From positions 1 to 30,917 of the forward strand of contig JBBISL010000022.1 in assembly GCA_037441285.1 (NCBI GenBank): 30,917 nt of DNA. The letters run 5' to 3'. Below, piece after piece: positions 18,985 through 28,696 of this stretch. This DNA is from a candidate division WOR-3 bacterium (GTDB lineage Bacteria; Hydrothermota; Tepidihabitantia; Tepidihabitantales; Tepidihabitantaceae). Both the position numbers and the translations under genes were made by a program. Position 1 is the first letter of the stretch; each line of letters begins with the position of its first letter. The notes under the pieces were generated by a model, which worked only from the letters and a program-made list of their open reading frames with translations, was not told the origin of the DNA and searched no databases.

Positions 18985-19008
18985 GTGCAACTCCTTTTTT
19001 AATTATTA

Positions 19009-19037
19009 AAATTAGCCAAATTAAGCCCTGCTGTCAA
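19009..19037 (-). promoter_or_regulatory. Putative promoter of the rpsP operon
   Basis: TTGACA-17 nt-TAATTT. Confidence 0.65.
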
Positions 19038-19046
19038 CAATTTACA

Positions 19047-21236
19047 TCAGCGAAGCAGAATAAGTTTGACAACCTCTTGCCGGTTGGTTCCGCAGGCTTT
19101 TAGCAGGTAGACACCAGCGGCAAGCGTTTCCGGACGGTGCCAGATAAGCGGTCCGCTGTGCTTTGGGGGAATTGAAATAATGTGGACCAGTCTTCCAGCG
19201 GCGTTGTAAACTTCTAAACGGATAACATCTCGCGGCGCGACAATCCGGACATATCTGATTGTCGTGGTGGGGAAAATCTGAAGTTCGGGCGCTGTTTTCA
19301 GGCTATAGGCAGGCTCTTCAATGCCAAACACATTTTTACCCGCAAGGCTGAAGCCATAAACACCTAAGTACACGGCGCTGGAGTTGTCAGGATGACGCAT
19401 AATAAAGGAGTTTGTCCTGCCAGCTATTCCCAGTGTATCCCGGTTCCAGATGATGCCGTTGTTGGTTGTGTAAAATACCCCCTGGGTGTCGGTTCCTGCC
19501 CAGAGCCGGGTTGAAATTGCAGTATCAGGAAGGACGCAGGTTGCGCCATTGAGTCCAAGACTGGTCCAGGTCAGTCCGTTGTTTTCCGATTTGAACACAC
19601 CGTCAGGGGTAGTGCAGAACCAGTCCGAACCGATTTGAGCAAACCGTTTCAGGTCGGTGACCGGTGTGCCGGTGATGCCCGAGTTGGTCAATGTCCAGTT
19701 TCTGCCACGGTCAATTGAACGGAAGAGCGCCGGTGCCGAGCCGCTTTTTCCGAAGGCAAAGATTGTGTCGGCATTGCGGGAGAAGTACATTCCCAGACAC
19801 GCTCCGGGCTCGCGCAAAAGAATCGTGTGCCAGGTTTGACCCTGGTCGGTCGAACGCATAATGGCGAATCTGGGGGGTCCAGCAGCAGAGTCCCTTTTGC
19901 CACCCCAGACATAAAGCGTGTCCGGACCGGCTGGATGATATGCGATTCCCTGTGCTTCAAAATGTTGCGCGATGAGAGGAGTTTCCCAGGAGTCACCCCG
20001 GTTTATCGTTCGGTGCAGACGCGAGTCAAATGTGGTGACACAGGCTATTGTGTCGGGATGGCGCGGGTTGACCGCAACATCTTTAATCCAAGTTGAACCC
20101 GGGAACCTTTTGCCCCACAATTGCCAGTTCTGGTTGCTGGCGGAGGTCTTCATCACGCCGAGCCCTTCAACACAGGCAAGGACCGTTTCGGGCAGGGAAA
20201 AGTTCAGCGTCAACACCCGGAGGTTTTTCATACCCGGCGTGCGATAGGTCCAGTCATAACCGCCGTTTGTGGAATGGAAGAGTCCATAATTGTTACCCGC
20301 ATAAATTTCTAAGGGGCGGACCGGTGCCAGCCAGCAGGTGTTGCTGCCGGTAAAAAGGGTGGTGTCGGCGTTCCAGGTCAAGCCCAGGTCGGTTGAACGG
20401 TAAACAAGGTTTTCACTGCCAGCATAGGCGTAGTAAGGTGATGGGGGAGAAAATGCGACGGCGTAGGCGGGTGCTGTGAGCCGTCGTGTCCAATTGGAAC
20501 CGAGGTCATAAGAGTGGTAGATGCCGGTGTCGGTAGCACAGATGACGGTTGAACTGTTTGTGGGACTAAACGCGAGGGCATAGGCACATCTACCGCCTAA
20601 CCCGTTCGATTTATCCTGCCAGGAGTTGCCAAGGTCGGTGGTATAAAAAACTCGGGCACGATTGGCAACCGAGCCGCCAATAAATCCGGTTCCCGGGTTT
20701 GCCGGGTTGATGGCAAGGAGTTGGGCACGGGCTTCAAAAGAGCTGATGACCCGATTGAGGTTCCAGGTGGCACCGGCATCGGTGCTGTGGAGCAGGTAGA
20801 TACCAACCGAATCGCTAAAATAGATTTCAGCCGCTGCCCAGAGTTCACTGCTGTTTGACGGGTTGACCACAATCTGTCGGACCCAGAACTCATAAGAGGA
20901 GGGCAGATTGGCGCAAACCTGCCAGGTTGCGCCGCGGTTGGTGCTTTTGTAAATCCGGCGGGTTTTGCCCCCGGCATATAGGGTTCGGACATCGTTCGGA
21001 TTGATTGTCAGAGCGGTAATGATGTCCGGAATGGTTTCAGGGGTTCCCCAGGAAATGCCGGCGTCGGTGGTATGAAATATTAGAGTAGGAAAGTTGCCAG
21101 CCGCAATGTAAAGTTCATCAAGATAACCCGGGACCGGGGTTAAAGCGGTGATGGCGGCGCCATTCGGTCCAAGTTGCTGCCAGTTACCGGGGGCGAGAGC
21201 CACGGCGGTAAAAAGGACAATGGTCACCAATTTCAT
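19047..21236 (-). CDS. Secreted Asp-box (BNR) beta-propeller protein with T9SS type-A-like C-terminal sorting domain
   Basis: Signal peptide; about 12 S/T-x-D/N-x-G-x-x-W boxes; C-terminus GIEE..LQIFP..VYNAAGRLV..W..LAAGVYLL..KLILLR. ATGA overlap with rmuC. Confidence 0.85.
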   Translation of the reverse strand: MKLVTIVLFTAVALAPGNWQQLGPNGAAITALTPVPGYLDELYIAAGNFPTLIFHTTDAGISWGTPETIPDIITALTINPNDVRTLYAGGKTRRIYKSTNRGATWQVCANLPSSYEFWVRQIVVNPSNSSELWAAAEIYFSDSVGIYLLHSTDAGATWNLNRVISSFEARAQLLAINPANPGTGFIGGSVANRARVFYTTDLGNSWQDKSNGLGGRCAYALAFSPTNSSTVICATDTGIYHSYDLGSNWTRRLTAPAYAVAFSPPSPYYAYAGSENLVYRSTDLGLTWNADTTLFTGSNTCWLAPVRPLEIYAGNNYGLFHSTNGGYDWTYRTPGMKNLRVLTLNFSLPETVLACVEGLGVMKTSASNQNWQLWGKRFPGSTWIKDVAVNPRHPDTIACVTTFDSRLHRTINRGDSWETPLIAQHFEAQGIAYHPAGPDTLYVWGGKRDSAAGPPRFAIMRSTDQGQTWHTILLREPGACLGMYFSRNADTIFAFGKSGSAPALFRSIDRGRNWTLTNSGITGTPVTDLKRFAQIGSDWFCTTPDGVFKSENNGLTWTSLGLNGATCVLPDTAISTRLWAGTDTQGVFYTTNNGIIWNRDTLGIAGRTNSFIMRHPDNSSAVYLGVYGFSLAGKNVFGIEEPAYSLKTAPELQIFPTTTIRYVRIVAPRDVIRLEVYNAAGRLVHIISIPPKHSGPLIWHRPETLAAGVYLLKACGTNRQEVVKLILLR

Positions 21237-22279
21237 TTTTGACCTCCTGTGTCAATCTTTTCATCAATGTTTAACGCAACCTTTTCCGTTAAACGCACCA
21301 GCTCCCGCGCTGCCTCTTCATAACGGTTGTGGGCGTTGGTTAAATGGGAGCCAATGGTTTCAAACTTTTCCCGAAAACGGCTGATTTCTGCCTGGAGCCG
21401 GTTGAGGTGGTCAAGGATTGCAAGCGCTTTGCGGTCAATCTCCAGCCCGCGCAAGCCAAGAATCAAAGTCTGGAGATAGGCGTAGATGGTTCCCGGCGAA
21501 ACTGGAATTACCCGACGGGAAAAGGCGTAATCCAAAATGGTCTCTTTCTCTTCGGTGGGATTGGCGACGATTGTTTCGTAGTACACATTTTCCGCCGGGA
21601 TGTACATCAAAGCAAAGTCAAAAGTTCCTTCATCGGGCAGGATGTATTTGTCGGCGATGGTGTCGATATGTTTTTTAATGTCGTTCAAAAACTGTTTTCG
21701 TAAACTGCGGCGGCTGGTGTCGTCCGGTGCGGTGAGCAGGCGCTGGAAGTTTTCCAGCGGGAATTTGGCATCAATCGGCACCAGTCGGTTACCAAGCCGG
21801 ACCACGGCATCGACCTTGACACCGGAGCGAAAACGGTATTGAAGTTCGTAGTTGTTCGGGACCATCTCCTGGAGCAGGTTGCCAAGGAAAAGTTCGCCGA
21901 GGCCGCCGCGGGGCTTTGGGGCGCGCAAAATTTCCTGTAAGGAGGCGATGTTCTTTCCGATTTCGTAAATTTGCTGTGATGCCTGAGACAGTTCGCCCAG
22001 GGCGCGGGAAACATCACTCACCATTCGAGCGGCGTTGTCGAGCCGGGTGTTAATCTGACCGGTGTTTTCGGCAAGGAGCCGGTTGATTTCGCTTAAACGC
22101 TGATTCAAGAGCTGGGCGTTGTTGTCAAGCGCCTGAATCTGTTGCTGGCGGAGCGACTCAAACTGCTGGAGGAGCAAATTCAGGTCACCGGCCGGTTGCC
22201 GGGAGCGGGTAAGATACAGCAACAGAACCACGCTGCTTATTATCAGGGCAAGGGCAGCGGCGATGTAGACAAAGACCAC
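21233..22279 (-). CDS. rmuC: DNA recombination protein RmuC
   Basis: N-terminal TM plus coiled coil, PK.RG.LGE..L..LL, VDAVV.L...VPIDAKFPL, KYI.P.EGTFDFALMYIPAE.VY, VSP.T. Confidence 0.92.
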   Translation of the reverse strand: MVFVYIAAALALIISSVVLLLYLTRSRQPAGDLNLLLQQFESLRQQQIQALDNNAQLLNQRLSEINRLLAENTGQINTRLDNAARMVSDVSRALGELSQASQQIYEIGKNIASLQEILRAPKPRGGLGELFLGNLLQEMVPNNYELQYRFRSGVKVDAVVRLGNRLVPIDAKFPLENFQRLLTAPDDTSRRSLRKQFLNDIKKHIDTIADKYILPDEGTFDFALMYIPAENVYYETIVANPTEEKETILDYAFSRRVIPVSPGTIYAYLQTLILGLRGLEIDRKALAILDHLNRLQAEISRFREKFETIGSHLTNAHNRYEEAARELVRLTEKVALNIDEKIDTGGQK

Positions 22280-22285
22280 CTATTT

Positions 22286-22313
22286 AGGATAAGCCAATCT
22301 GAACAGAGGTCAA
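22286..22313 (-). promoter_or_regulatory. Putative promoter (leaderless geometry) for rmuC
   Basis: TTGACC-16 nt-TATCCT; the GTG start is 6 nt downstream. Confidence 0.6.
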
Positions 22314-22529
22314 GAATTTTAGCGCCGGCGGTTTACCGAAAATACAGGAAAACGAGATATGAACCGGGCAGAGAATGAACCGGATTCAGGGCTATTAAGA
22401 TATGAGTTAGAAACCGCAAAATTTTAACGAAAAATAATTGTAGCCAGCAGGCAAATGTTTTGTAACACTGAGGAAATAGATATGTTAGCAGATTTTATTG
22501 TAAAGTTTAATGAATGGTACCGGGCGGGT

Positions 22530-22551
22530 CAGGAGTAATCCCCGGGATAGT
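22530..22551. repeat. 22-bp intergenic motif, copy 2
   Basis: CAGGAGTAATCCCCGGGATAGT is 20/22 identical to 8726-8747. Confidence 0.6.
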
Positions 22552-22650
22552 TACCGGGTTGGTGCCCATTTGGGCAGTGAAACCGGTGGGGCGATGAGCA
22601 TAGCGGAAAGGAGTGAATCAGGCGTAATCGGTCCGAATGGTGAGGATGGG

Positions 22651-23562
22651 TTAATTTGCTTCGTCCTCCTGTTCCGGTTCAATGTGGATAACGATGTTTG
22701 TCACATCAGGGTTGGCAATTTTGATTTGCTCCTCGACCCGGGTGGCGATTTCGTGTCCCGCCTGAACAGTTATTGTCGGGTCAACAAGAACATGAACATC
22801 CATTTCAATTTTGTTGCCCGAACCAGCAGAACGGGCACGGAAGGCGTGAAAACTTTTGACACCGGGGATGTTTCTGATTGTCTGCTGGAGTTTTGTTAGG
22901 GTTTTGGGGTCCGGCGCGCGGTCCGAAAGTTTGCGGAGTTCATCCCGGACAATACGAATGCCAATGTACACCAGGAAGGCGGCAAGCAGGACCGCAGTGA
23001 GGTGGTCAAGAAAAGACCATTTTTCACCGCCGATAAGGGCGCCGGCGATACCCAGTGCTGCAGCGATTGAGGAGAAGGCATCAGAACGGTGGTGCCAGGC
23101 GTTGGCAATAATTGCCTGGTTGTGATAGCGTTTGCCGACAGCACGAGTGAGCCAGTAAAGTATTTCTTTGGAAACAATCGAAACGAGGGCGATGTAGAAT
23201 GGTAGCCAGTTGCGCAGTCCGCCGTGGCGCTGGCTGATGGTGATGAGCGCTTCGTAGGCGATGAATAAGGCGGCGCCGATAAGGAGGATGCCGACGCCAA
23301 GGGCGGTGATTGCTTCGTAACGATGGTGTCCGTAGTGATGGTCATAATCGGGCGGCTGTTTTGCCGCACGAATGCCCCAGAGCACCGCGATGTCACTGGC
23401 AAGGTCGGAGAAAGAGTGCAAGCCATCGGCAATTATCGCACTGGAGTTACTTATAAGACCAGCAAAAACTTTGCTGGCGACAAGGAGGATGTTGATTACG
23501 AGTCCGAGAACAGTTATCCGGCGCTCGGCTTTTTGCTGAAGATGAAGCGCGGAAAGGGTCAT
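22651..23562 (-). CDS. Cation diffusion facilitator (FieF/YiiP-like) transporter
   Basis: S.AIIADGLHSFSD, PPD.DHHYGH.RYE, ANAWHHRSDA, GHEIA..VE, IVIHIEP. ATG 23562 has an AGGA SD and a TTGACT-16-TAACCT promoter (23580-23607), so the track's TTG 23625 start is unlikely. Confidence 0.92.
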   Translation of the reverse strand: MTLSALHLQQKAERRITVLGLVINILLVASKVFAGLISNSSAIIADGLHSFSDLASDIAVLWGIRAAKQPPDYDHHYGHHRYEAITALGVGILLIGAALFIAYEALITISQRHGGLRNWLPFYIALVSIVSKEILYWLTRAVGKRYHNQAIIANAWHHRSDAFSSIAAALGIAGALIGGEKWSFLDHLTAVLLAAFLVYIGIRIVRDELRKLSDRAPDPKTLTKLQQTIRNIPGVKSFHAFRARSAGSGNKIEMDVHVLVDPTITVQAGHEIATRVEEQIKIANPDVTNIVIHIEPEQEDEAN

Positions 23563-23753
23563 TGTGTCCTGGTAAATAAAGGTTAGGCTGTTGCTGAGAA
23601 AAGTCAAGTTAAAAGGAGGGGTCAAATCCTGCGGAGTTGAGCAACGGGTTAGGCTGTTTGCGGGATGGCTTTGTTTCAGAAAGATTGGGGCGGGTGGCTT
23701 CTGGTTTATGTTGCAATCTTAGAGGTTTGGGGGTACTATTTAAATTGAGGCAA

Positions 23754-26700
23754 ATGAAGCGCAATATCAGTGGTCTGGAACTGGAGATACGCCGGTTGCA
23801 GCGGGCGGTGCTCATCAATGTTTTACTGTCCACCTTCTTTCTGGCAATCGGTGTTGCCGCGATGGGAATATGTGCCAGTGCCCTTTTTTTCCTTTCGGGC
23901 TGGGCGGTGCTGCTGTTTCTGACGCCGCTAACAATTTTTTTTGCCTGGAACTGGTTTAAAGAAGTTAAAGTTAAGGCGGTAGCCTATAAACTTGAGCGGA
24001 TTTTTCCGGAGTTAAAGGGTCGGGTTGTTGCTGCTCTGGAGTTAAGTAGATACCAGGGGGGTGTTGAGGGGTACTCAATGGAGTTGCGCGATGCGGCGGT
24101 GGCGCAGGTTGAGGAGCTCTTGCGCAATAGACCAAAAAAGAGTCTGGCTTCTAAGTGGCGGATTTTTCTGGGCGGTATTTTTGCGGTCGGCTGGTTGGGT
24201 ATGCTTTTCGGGTTTATTGCAGTGGGGGGCGAGCGGTTCGCGGTGGGGTTGAAAAATGGTTTCACCCCGGGCTGGTTAGTTGTGAAGTTTAAGGTTGCGC
24301 CGGGCGATACGATGGTTATGGCGGACGATGTGGTGAGGTTTTTCTGTCAGGTGCAACCTGAGGGAGTTTTTGAACGGGTGCGGATGGAAATAAGAGAGGA
24401 CAACGGCTCGCGGCGCTCTATCGTACTGTCCGGGGATTGGGTAGAGTTTGCGGTGCGCGAGGGAATGAGTTATCGGTTTCGGGTTCTCGGTAAAAGTTCA
24501 GACTGGTTTCGGGTGGGCTTAATCACGCCTCTGACTTTACGCCGGATGATTTTGCGTTGCCAACCGCCGGCATACTCCCGTCTGCCCGAAAGCGAAGTCC
24601 GGGGCGAGGAGCTAATCGTTCTGAAAGGTACGCGGGTGGTTCTTGATGGCGAGGTGAGTCAAGCGGTTGCGGATGGCAGGTTGGTTTTTAGCTCGGAGAC
24701 AACAAGCGTGCTGGTTGACCGGAAAATGCCGACCCGGATTAGCGCCGAGTTTATGGCGCAGGTTGACGGTGAAATCGGGATAGAGTTGGTGCCGGCTCCG
24801 GGTGGTGCAGTGCAGAAGGTGGCGCGGATACAATTGCGGCTCCTGCCGGATGAGGCACCATTTGTCAAGGTGTTCAGTCCGGGGCGGGATGTTGACCTGC
24901 CGATGAGTATGCAGGTGCTTTTAGGGGTGAACAGTATTGACGATTACGGGTTGACCGATTTGACACTTCATTACGGCAAGGACAGCATCAGCGAGGCGGT
25001 GCGACTGAAGACATTTTCGGGCCAGCGGGAGGATACGACGCTCTATGTATGGGACCTTTCTTCATCCGGACTCTTGCCTGGTGAGGTACTGCGCTACTAT
25101 GTTGAGGTAAGAGACAACGACCTGATTTCCGGTCCGAAAAGGACGAAAAGCGAACTCTTCTCAATACGGTTTCCAACAATGACCGAGATTTATTCGGCGG
25201 CGGTGGAAAAGACCCGAACAACCCAGGCGGAGCTAACACCACTGGAGGCGAAGCAGGAAGAGTTAAACTCCCAGTTGACGCGTATTGGCGAAGAGTTGAA
25301 AAGGTCACGGGAGCTGTCCTGGGAGGAGAAAAAGCGGCTGGAGGGTTTGCTGGAGGAGCAGAAGCAACTGCTCGGGCAGGTTGAGACGCTGAAACAGGAG
25401 ATTGCCCGAACGATTGATGAGATGGTTCAGGGTATGAGTTATGACCCGGAGACCCGCGAGCGGCTGGAGCAGTTGCAGGAGTTACTTTCCCGGGTTTTGC
25501 CCCAGGAGTTGCAGAAGGCGCTTAACGAGCTGGCACAGAAATTAGGGGAAAGGGCGCCGGATGTCCGACCGGTGCTGGAAAGAGTACAACTGGAGCAGGA
25601 GACATTGAAGGAGAACATTGAACGTGCTCTGGAACTGTTGAAAAGGATAATGGAGGAGGAGCGACTTGAGGCGCTGGCGCGGCAGGCAAAGGAGTTGCAG
25701 AAGGCGCAGGAAGATGTGAGCCGAGAGTTGGGAAAGGGCGCTGTTCAGGAACTGGCGGAGAAGCAGGCAAGGGCAAATGAATTGTTTGACAGTTTGCGGA
25801 CCGAGCTCGATAAGCTGGCAGCCGAGTTGCGAGATACCGCGATTGCCGAATCGCTGAATGCGCTTAATGAAAAGATTGCCGAGAACGGGTTGGAGCAACT
25901 GGCACAGGAGTTACAGAGTCAACTGGGCAGGGGCGAGCAGCAACTGGCGCGGCCGAAGAGCGAGAAACTGGAGCGCGCTTTTAAGGAGCTTGCCGATAAC
26001 CTGGAGCGGTTGAGTGAGGGGTTAAAGCGCCGTCGTTCTGAAGAGGTGATGCGTAAACTTATTTCGGCGTCGGATGCCCTGTTGAAGGTGTCGCAGGAGC
26101 AGGAGGACCTTGAAAACAGACTGGCAGAACAGGCGAATCCGCCGCACCTTGCTCCGGAGGAGATGGGCCTGCTTGAGGCAACGCGTCTGGTGGCGGAAAG
26201 TCTGGCCGCGCTCGGGGCGCAAACGCTAATTGTATCACCGGAGATGGCGCAGCAACTTGCCCGGGTAATCAACCAGATGAAGAGTGCGGCGGAGATGCTA
26301 TCAGCCGGTGCCGCAGGTACGGGAAAAGGGCAGATGACCAAGGCGCGGATGAGTTTGAATCGGGCGGTTTCAATGGTGCTTGATGCCGCAGCAGAGGCGG
26401 CGCAGGGCGGCGGCATGAAAGGGGGGTTGCAGAGTTTACTGGAGCAACTTTCCCAGATGACTGCGGAACAGATGGCGATAAATGCCGGGATGTCAGGTAT
26501 CCCGATTCCGATACCGGTTTCGGGTTTGAGCGCCGGGCAGATGGAGCAGTTGCAAAGATTGCTTGCGCAGCAGGCGGCGTTACGCGAACAACTGGAGAGG
26601 TTGCTCCAATCAATGGGCGGACAAAGGCCCGGTTTAACGGGCAGGCTGGACCAGTTAGTTGAGGAGATGAAGGCGGTGGAGCGGGCGCTGAGCGAGCTCC

Positions 26701-26975
26701 AGATTGACCGAAAGTTGATTGAGCGACAGGAAGGCATCCTGTCCCGGATGCTTGATGCCGAGCGCAGTTTGCGCCAGCAAGGTTTCAAGGAGGAACGGCA
26801 GGCTGAGACCGGGAAGGAGTATCGAATTGAGGTGTTACCCGAACTTCCGGAAGATTTCGGGGAGCGCAATAAGGTTTTGCGCGAAGAGTTGTTGCGGGCG
26901 TTAAAACAGGGTTATCCCAGGGAGTACGAGAGGTTGATTCGTTCCTATTTTGAGCGACTGCTGGAGGAGCGATGA
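23754..26975 (+). CDS. Large membrane-anchored coiled-coil protein, DUF4175-like
   Basis: Three N-terminal TMs, a beta-rich region (PPAYSRLP; DEAP.V....P; DDYGL; YYVEVRDND.ISGPK), long Q/E/L coiled coils, and C-terminal ILSRMLDAERS..YP.EYE.LIRSYF. ATG 23754 has a GAGG SD and a TTGCAA-17-TACTAT promoter (23711-23739). Confidence 0.8.
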   Translation: MKRNISGLELEIRRLQRAVLINVLLSTFFLAIGVAAMGICASALFFLSGWAVLLFLTPLTIFFAWNWFKEVKVKAVAYKLERIFPELKGRVVAALELSRYQGGVEGYSMELRDAAVAQVEELLRNRPKKSLASKWRIFLGGIFAVGWLGMLFGFIAVGGERFAVGLKNGFTPGWLVVKFKVAPGDTMVMADDVVRFFCQVQPEGVFERVRMEIREDNGSRRSIVLSGDWVEFAVREGMSYRFRVLGKSSDWFRVGLITPLTLRRMILRCQPPAYSRLPESEVRGEELIVLKGTRVVLDGEVSQAVADGRLVFSSETTSVLVDRKMPTRISAEFMAQVDGEIGIELVPAPGGAVQKVARIQLRLLPDEAPFVKVFSPGRDVDLPMSMQVLLGVNSIDDYGLTDLTLHYGKDSISEAVRLKTFSGQREDTTLYVWDLSSSGLLPGEVLRYYVEVRDNDLISGPKRTKSELFSIRFPTMTEIYSAAVEKTRTTQAELTPLEAKQEELNSQLTRIGEELKRSRELSWEEKKRLEGLLEEQKQLLGQVETLKQEIARTIDEMVQGMSYDPETRERLEQLQELLSRVLPQELQKALNELAQKLGERAPDVRPVLERVQLEQETLKENIERALELLKRIMEEERLEALARQAKELQKAQEDVSRELGKGAVQELAEKQARANELFDSLRTELDKLAAELRDTAIAESLNALNEKIAENGLEQLAQELQSQLGRGEQQLARPKSEKLERAFKELADNLERLSEGLKRRRSEEVMRKLISASDALLKVSQEQEDLENRLAEQANPPHLAPEEMGLLEATRLVAESLAALGAQTLIVSPEMAQQLARVINQMKSAAEMLSAGAAGTGKGQMTKARMSLNRAVSMVLDAAAEAAQGGGMKGGLQSLLEQLSQMTAEQMAINAGMSGIPIPIPVSGLSAGQMEQLQRLLAQQAALREQLERLLQSMGGQRPGLTGRLDQLVEEMKAVERALSELQIDRKLIERQEGILSRMLDAERSLRQQGFKEERQAETGKEYRIEVLPELPEDFGERNKVLREELLRALKQGYPREYERLIRSYFERLLEER

Positions 26976-28642
26976 GGCACAAGAAGAAGGCAGAGCGGGA
27001 GACGGTTAAGTTTTTTCTGCTTACAGTTGCGCTAACATTTTTTTCCGCCCGACTGTTTGCCCAGGACGGGCTTAAAGGTCAGATGCTGGAACAGGCTGGG
27101 CAGTTTGAGCAGGCATGGACTGTTTACAAAACAACACTGGAGAAAAACCCTTTGGACCGGCAGGCGCTTTTGGGCATAGTAAGGGTGAGCCGGCACCTAA
27201 AAAGGTATGACTCGTTGCTTATGATTATGCAGCGGCTGGAGGGTGTTGTGCCGGATAACGGTGATGTTGTCCTGGGTACAATTGAGGCGCTGCTCGGTTT
27301 AAAGAAAAAAAGCGCAGCGCGGGAGCGGGCACAGCGATTTTTCGAAAAATGGCCCGGACGGGTTATGGTGTTGGTGGAAACGGTCCTGCGGGGTGGGGAA
27401 AAGGGTTGGGCCGCACAGTATCTTGAGGAGATATTGCGGCGCAATGGGTTTAGAGTTGATTATGCCGAAAAGTTAGTGGAGATATATGAAATGCAAGGCC
27501 GGTTTGTTGCCGCGACCGAAAGGCTGGTTGAGATTGTCAATTATGACCCACGCCGGTCTAATAAGTTTCTGGAGCGGCTCGGCAGTTATGGCAGGAGTGG
27601 TGAAGTTAAAGGGGTGTTGAACTCCTTAAACAAAATCAAGGACGAGTCGATTCGGTTAAGGGCGCAGGCTGAGGTTACGATTGGTGCGGGTGATGAACCG
27701 GGTGCGGTGCGGATAATTGAGCAGGGTTTGAACCGCCTGGAAATGGTAAATTTTGCCCGGGGGTGTGAAAAGAAAGGGGCATGGCGCGCGGCACTGGCAA
27801 TTTACGAGGAGCAGGGGTTGAGTGCGGATGCGGCAAGGGTTCTGCGAAAAATGGGCAGAATTGATGAGGCGCTGGCGCTACTGGCAAAGGACACCACTGT
27901 TGCGGCAAGATTTGAATATGCCGAGCTCGCCCGGTTGGAAAAGAGGGATTTTAAAGGTGCGGCGCAAGCGTATCGTGCGGTTTTAAAGCAAAGACCCAAA
28001 GACAAAGGGGCGCTTGTAGGGCTGGCAGCATCGCTGGTTGGTTTAAGGCAACTGGACAGCGCCCGTCAGGTGCTGGCAGGACTTGAATCACCGGATGACA
28101 GTGTGCTTTTTCTGCAGGCGAAGGTCCTTTTCTATCAGGGGAAGTTTGACTCGGTTCGGGTGTTCGTTCGGGATGTTAACGCCCGATTCCCGCAAAGTTT
28201 ACTCGCAAATGACGCCCTGGAACTGGGGGTGCTTACACTGAGTGGCGATAGGATTTTAGAACTTGCAAAGGCGATGCTTGACCTTGATGCCGGTGCGGTT
28301 GAGGCGAGCCGGAAACGAGCCCAGGAGTTAACCCGGGAAAACGATGCGGTGGCACAGGAGGCTTTTTTTCTACTGTCCCAGATTCTCTGTCAGGAGGGGA
28401 AATACCGCGAAGCGTTGACCGCGCTCGATTCATTAATTGCCCGATTTCCCCAAAGTGAACGGACGGCGCGGGCGCTTCTTAAGCAGGCAGAGATTTATCG
28501 CGACAGTCTGCGGGACGAGAGCCGATTTCGGGCGACCGTTGAGCGAATCGTTCTTGAATTTCCCGGTTCACCTTATGCGTCACTGGCGCGCAATCTGCTA
28601 TTAAAGACGACCACCGATTTTAAACCAGGTGCGGTGCGATAA
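26972..28642 (+). CDS. Exported tetratricopeptide-repeat protein
   Basis: Signal-like N-terminus (..ARLFA|Q), multiple TPR-like repeats, BamD/YfiO-like C-terminal repeats (RFPQS..A; EFPGSPYA). ATGA overlap with the upstream gene. Confidence 0.85.
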   Translation: MRHKKKAERETVKFFLLTVALTFFSARLFAQDGLKGQMLEQAGQFEQAWTVYKTTLEKNPLDRQALLGIVRVSRHLKRYDSLLMIMQRLEGVVPDNGDVVLGTIEALLGLKKKSAARERAQRFFEKWPGRVMVLVETVLRGGEKGWAAQYLEEILRRNGFRVDYAEKLVEIYEMQGRFVAATERLVEIVNYDPRRSNKFLERLGSYGRSGEVKGVLNSLNKIKDESIRLRAQAEVTIGAGDEPGAVRIIEQGLNRLEMVNFARGCEKKGAWRAALAIYEEQGLSADAARVLRKMGRIDEALALLAKDTTVAARFEYAELARLEKRDFKGAAQAYRAVLKQRPKDKGALVGLAASLVGLRQLDSARQVLAGLESPDDSVLFLQAKVLFYQGKFDSVRVFVRDVNARFPQSLLANDALELGVLTLSGDRILELAKAMLDLDAGAVEASRKRAQELTRENDAVAQEAFFLLSQILCQEGKYREALTALDSLIARFPQSERTARALLKQAEIYRDSLRDESRFRATVERIVLEFPGSPYASLARNLLLKTTTDFKPGAVR

Positions 28643-28659
28643 CTGTGATGGGTAAATCC

Positions 28660-28687
28660 TTGACATTTCTTAAGTTGTTGTTATCCT
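28660..28687 (+). promoter_or_regulatory. Putative promoter for the PASTA pseudokinase
   Basis: TTGACA-16 nt-TATCCT with extended -10 TG; the ATG at 28697 is 9 nt downstream and there is no SD. Confidence 0.65.
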
Positions 28688-28696
28688 GTGAATAGA

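Noticed and set aside
23637..23753. ORF-track N-terminal extensions (also 23563-23625, 17282-17386, 18660-18725, 28688-28696)
   Set aside because: They run through predicted promoters or neighbouring genes, and better-supported downstream starts exist.
25919..26869. 316-aa antisense ORF
   Set aside because: Ser/Cys/Ala-rich shadow of the Q/E/L coiled-coil gene on the opposite strand, with no recognisable domain.
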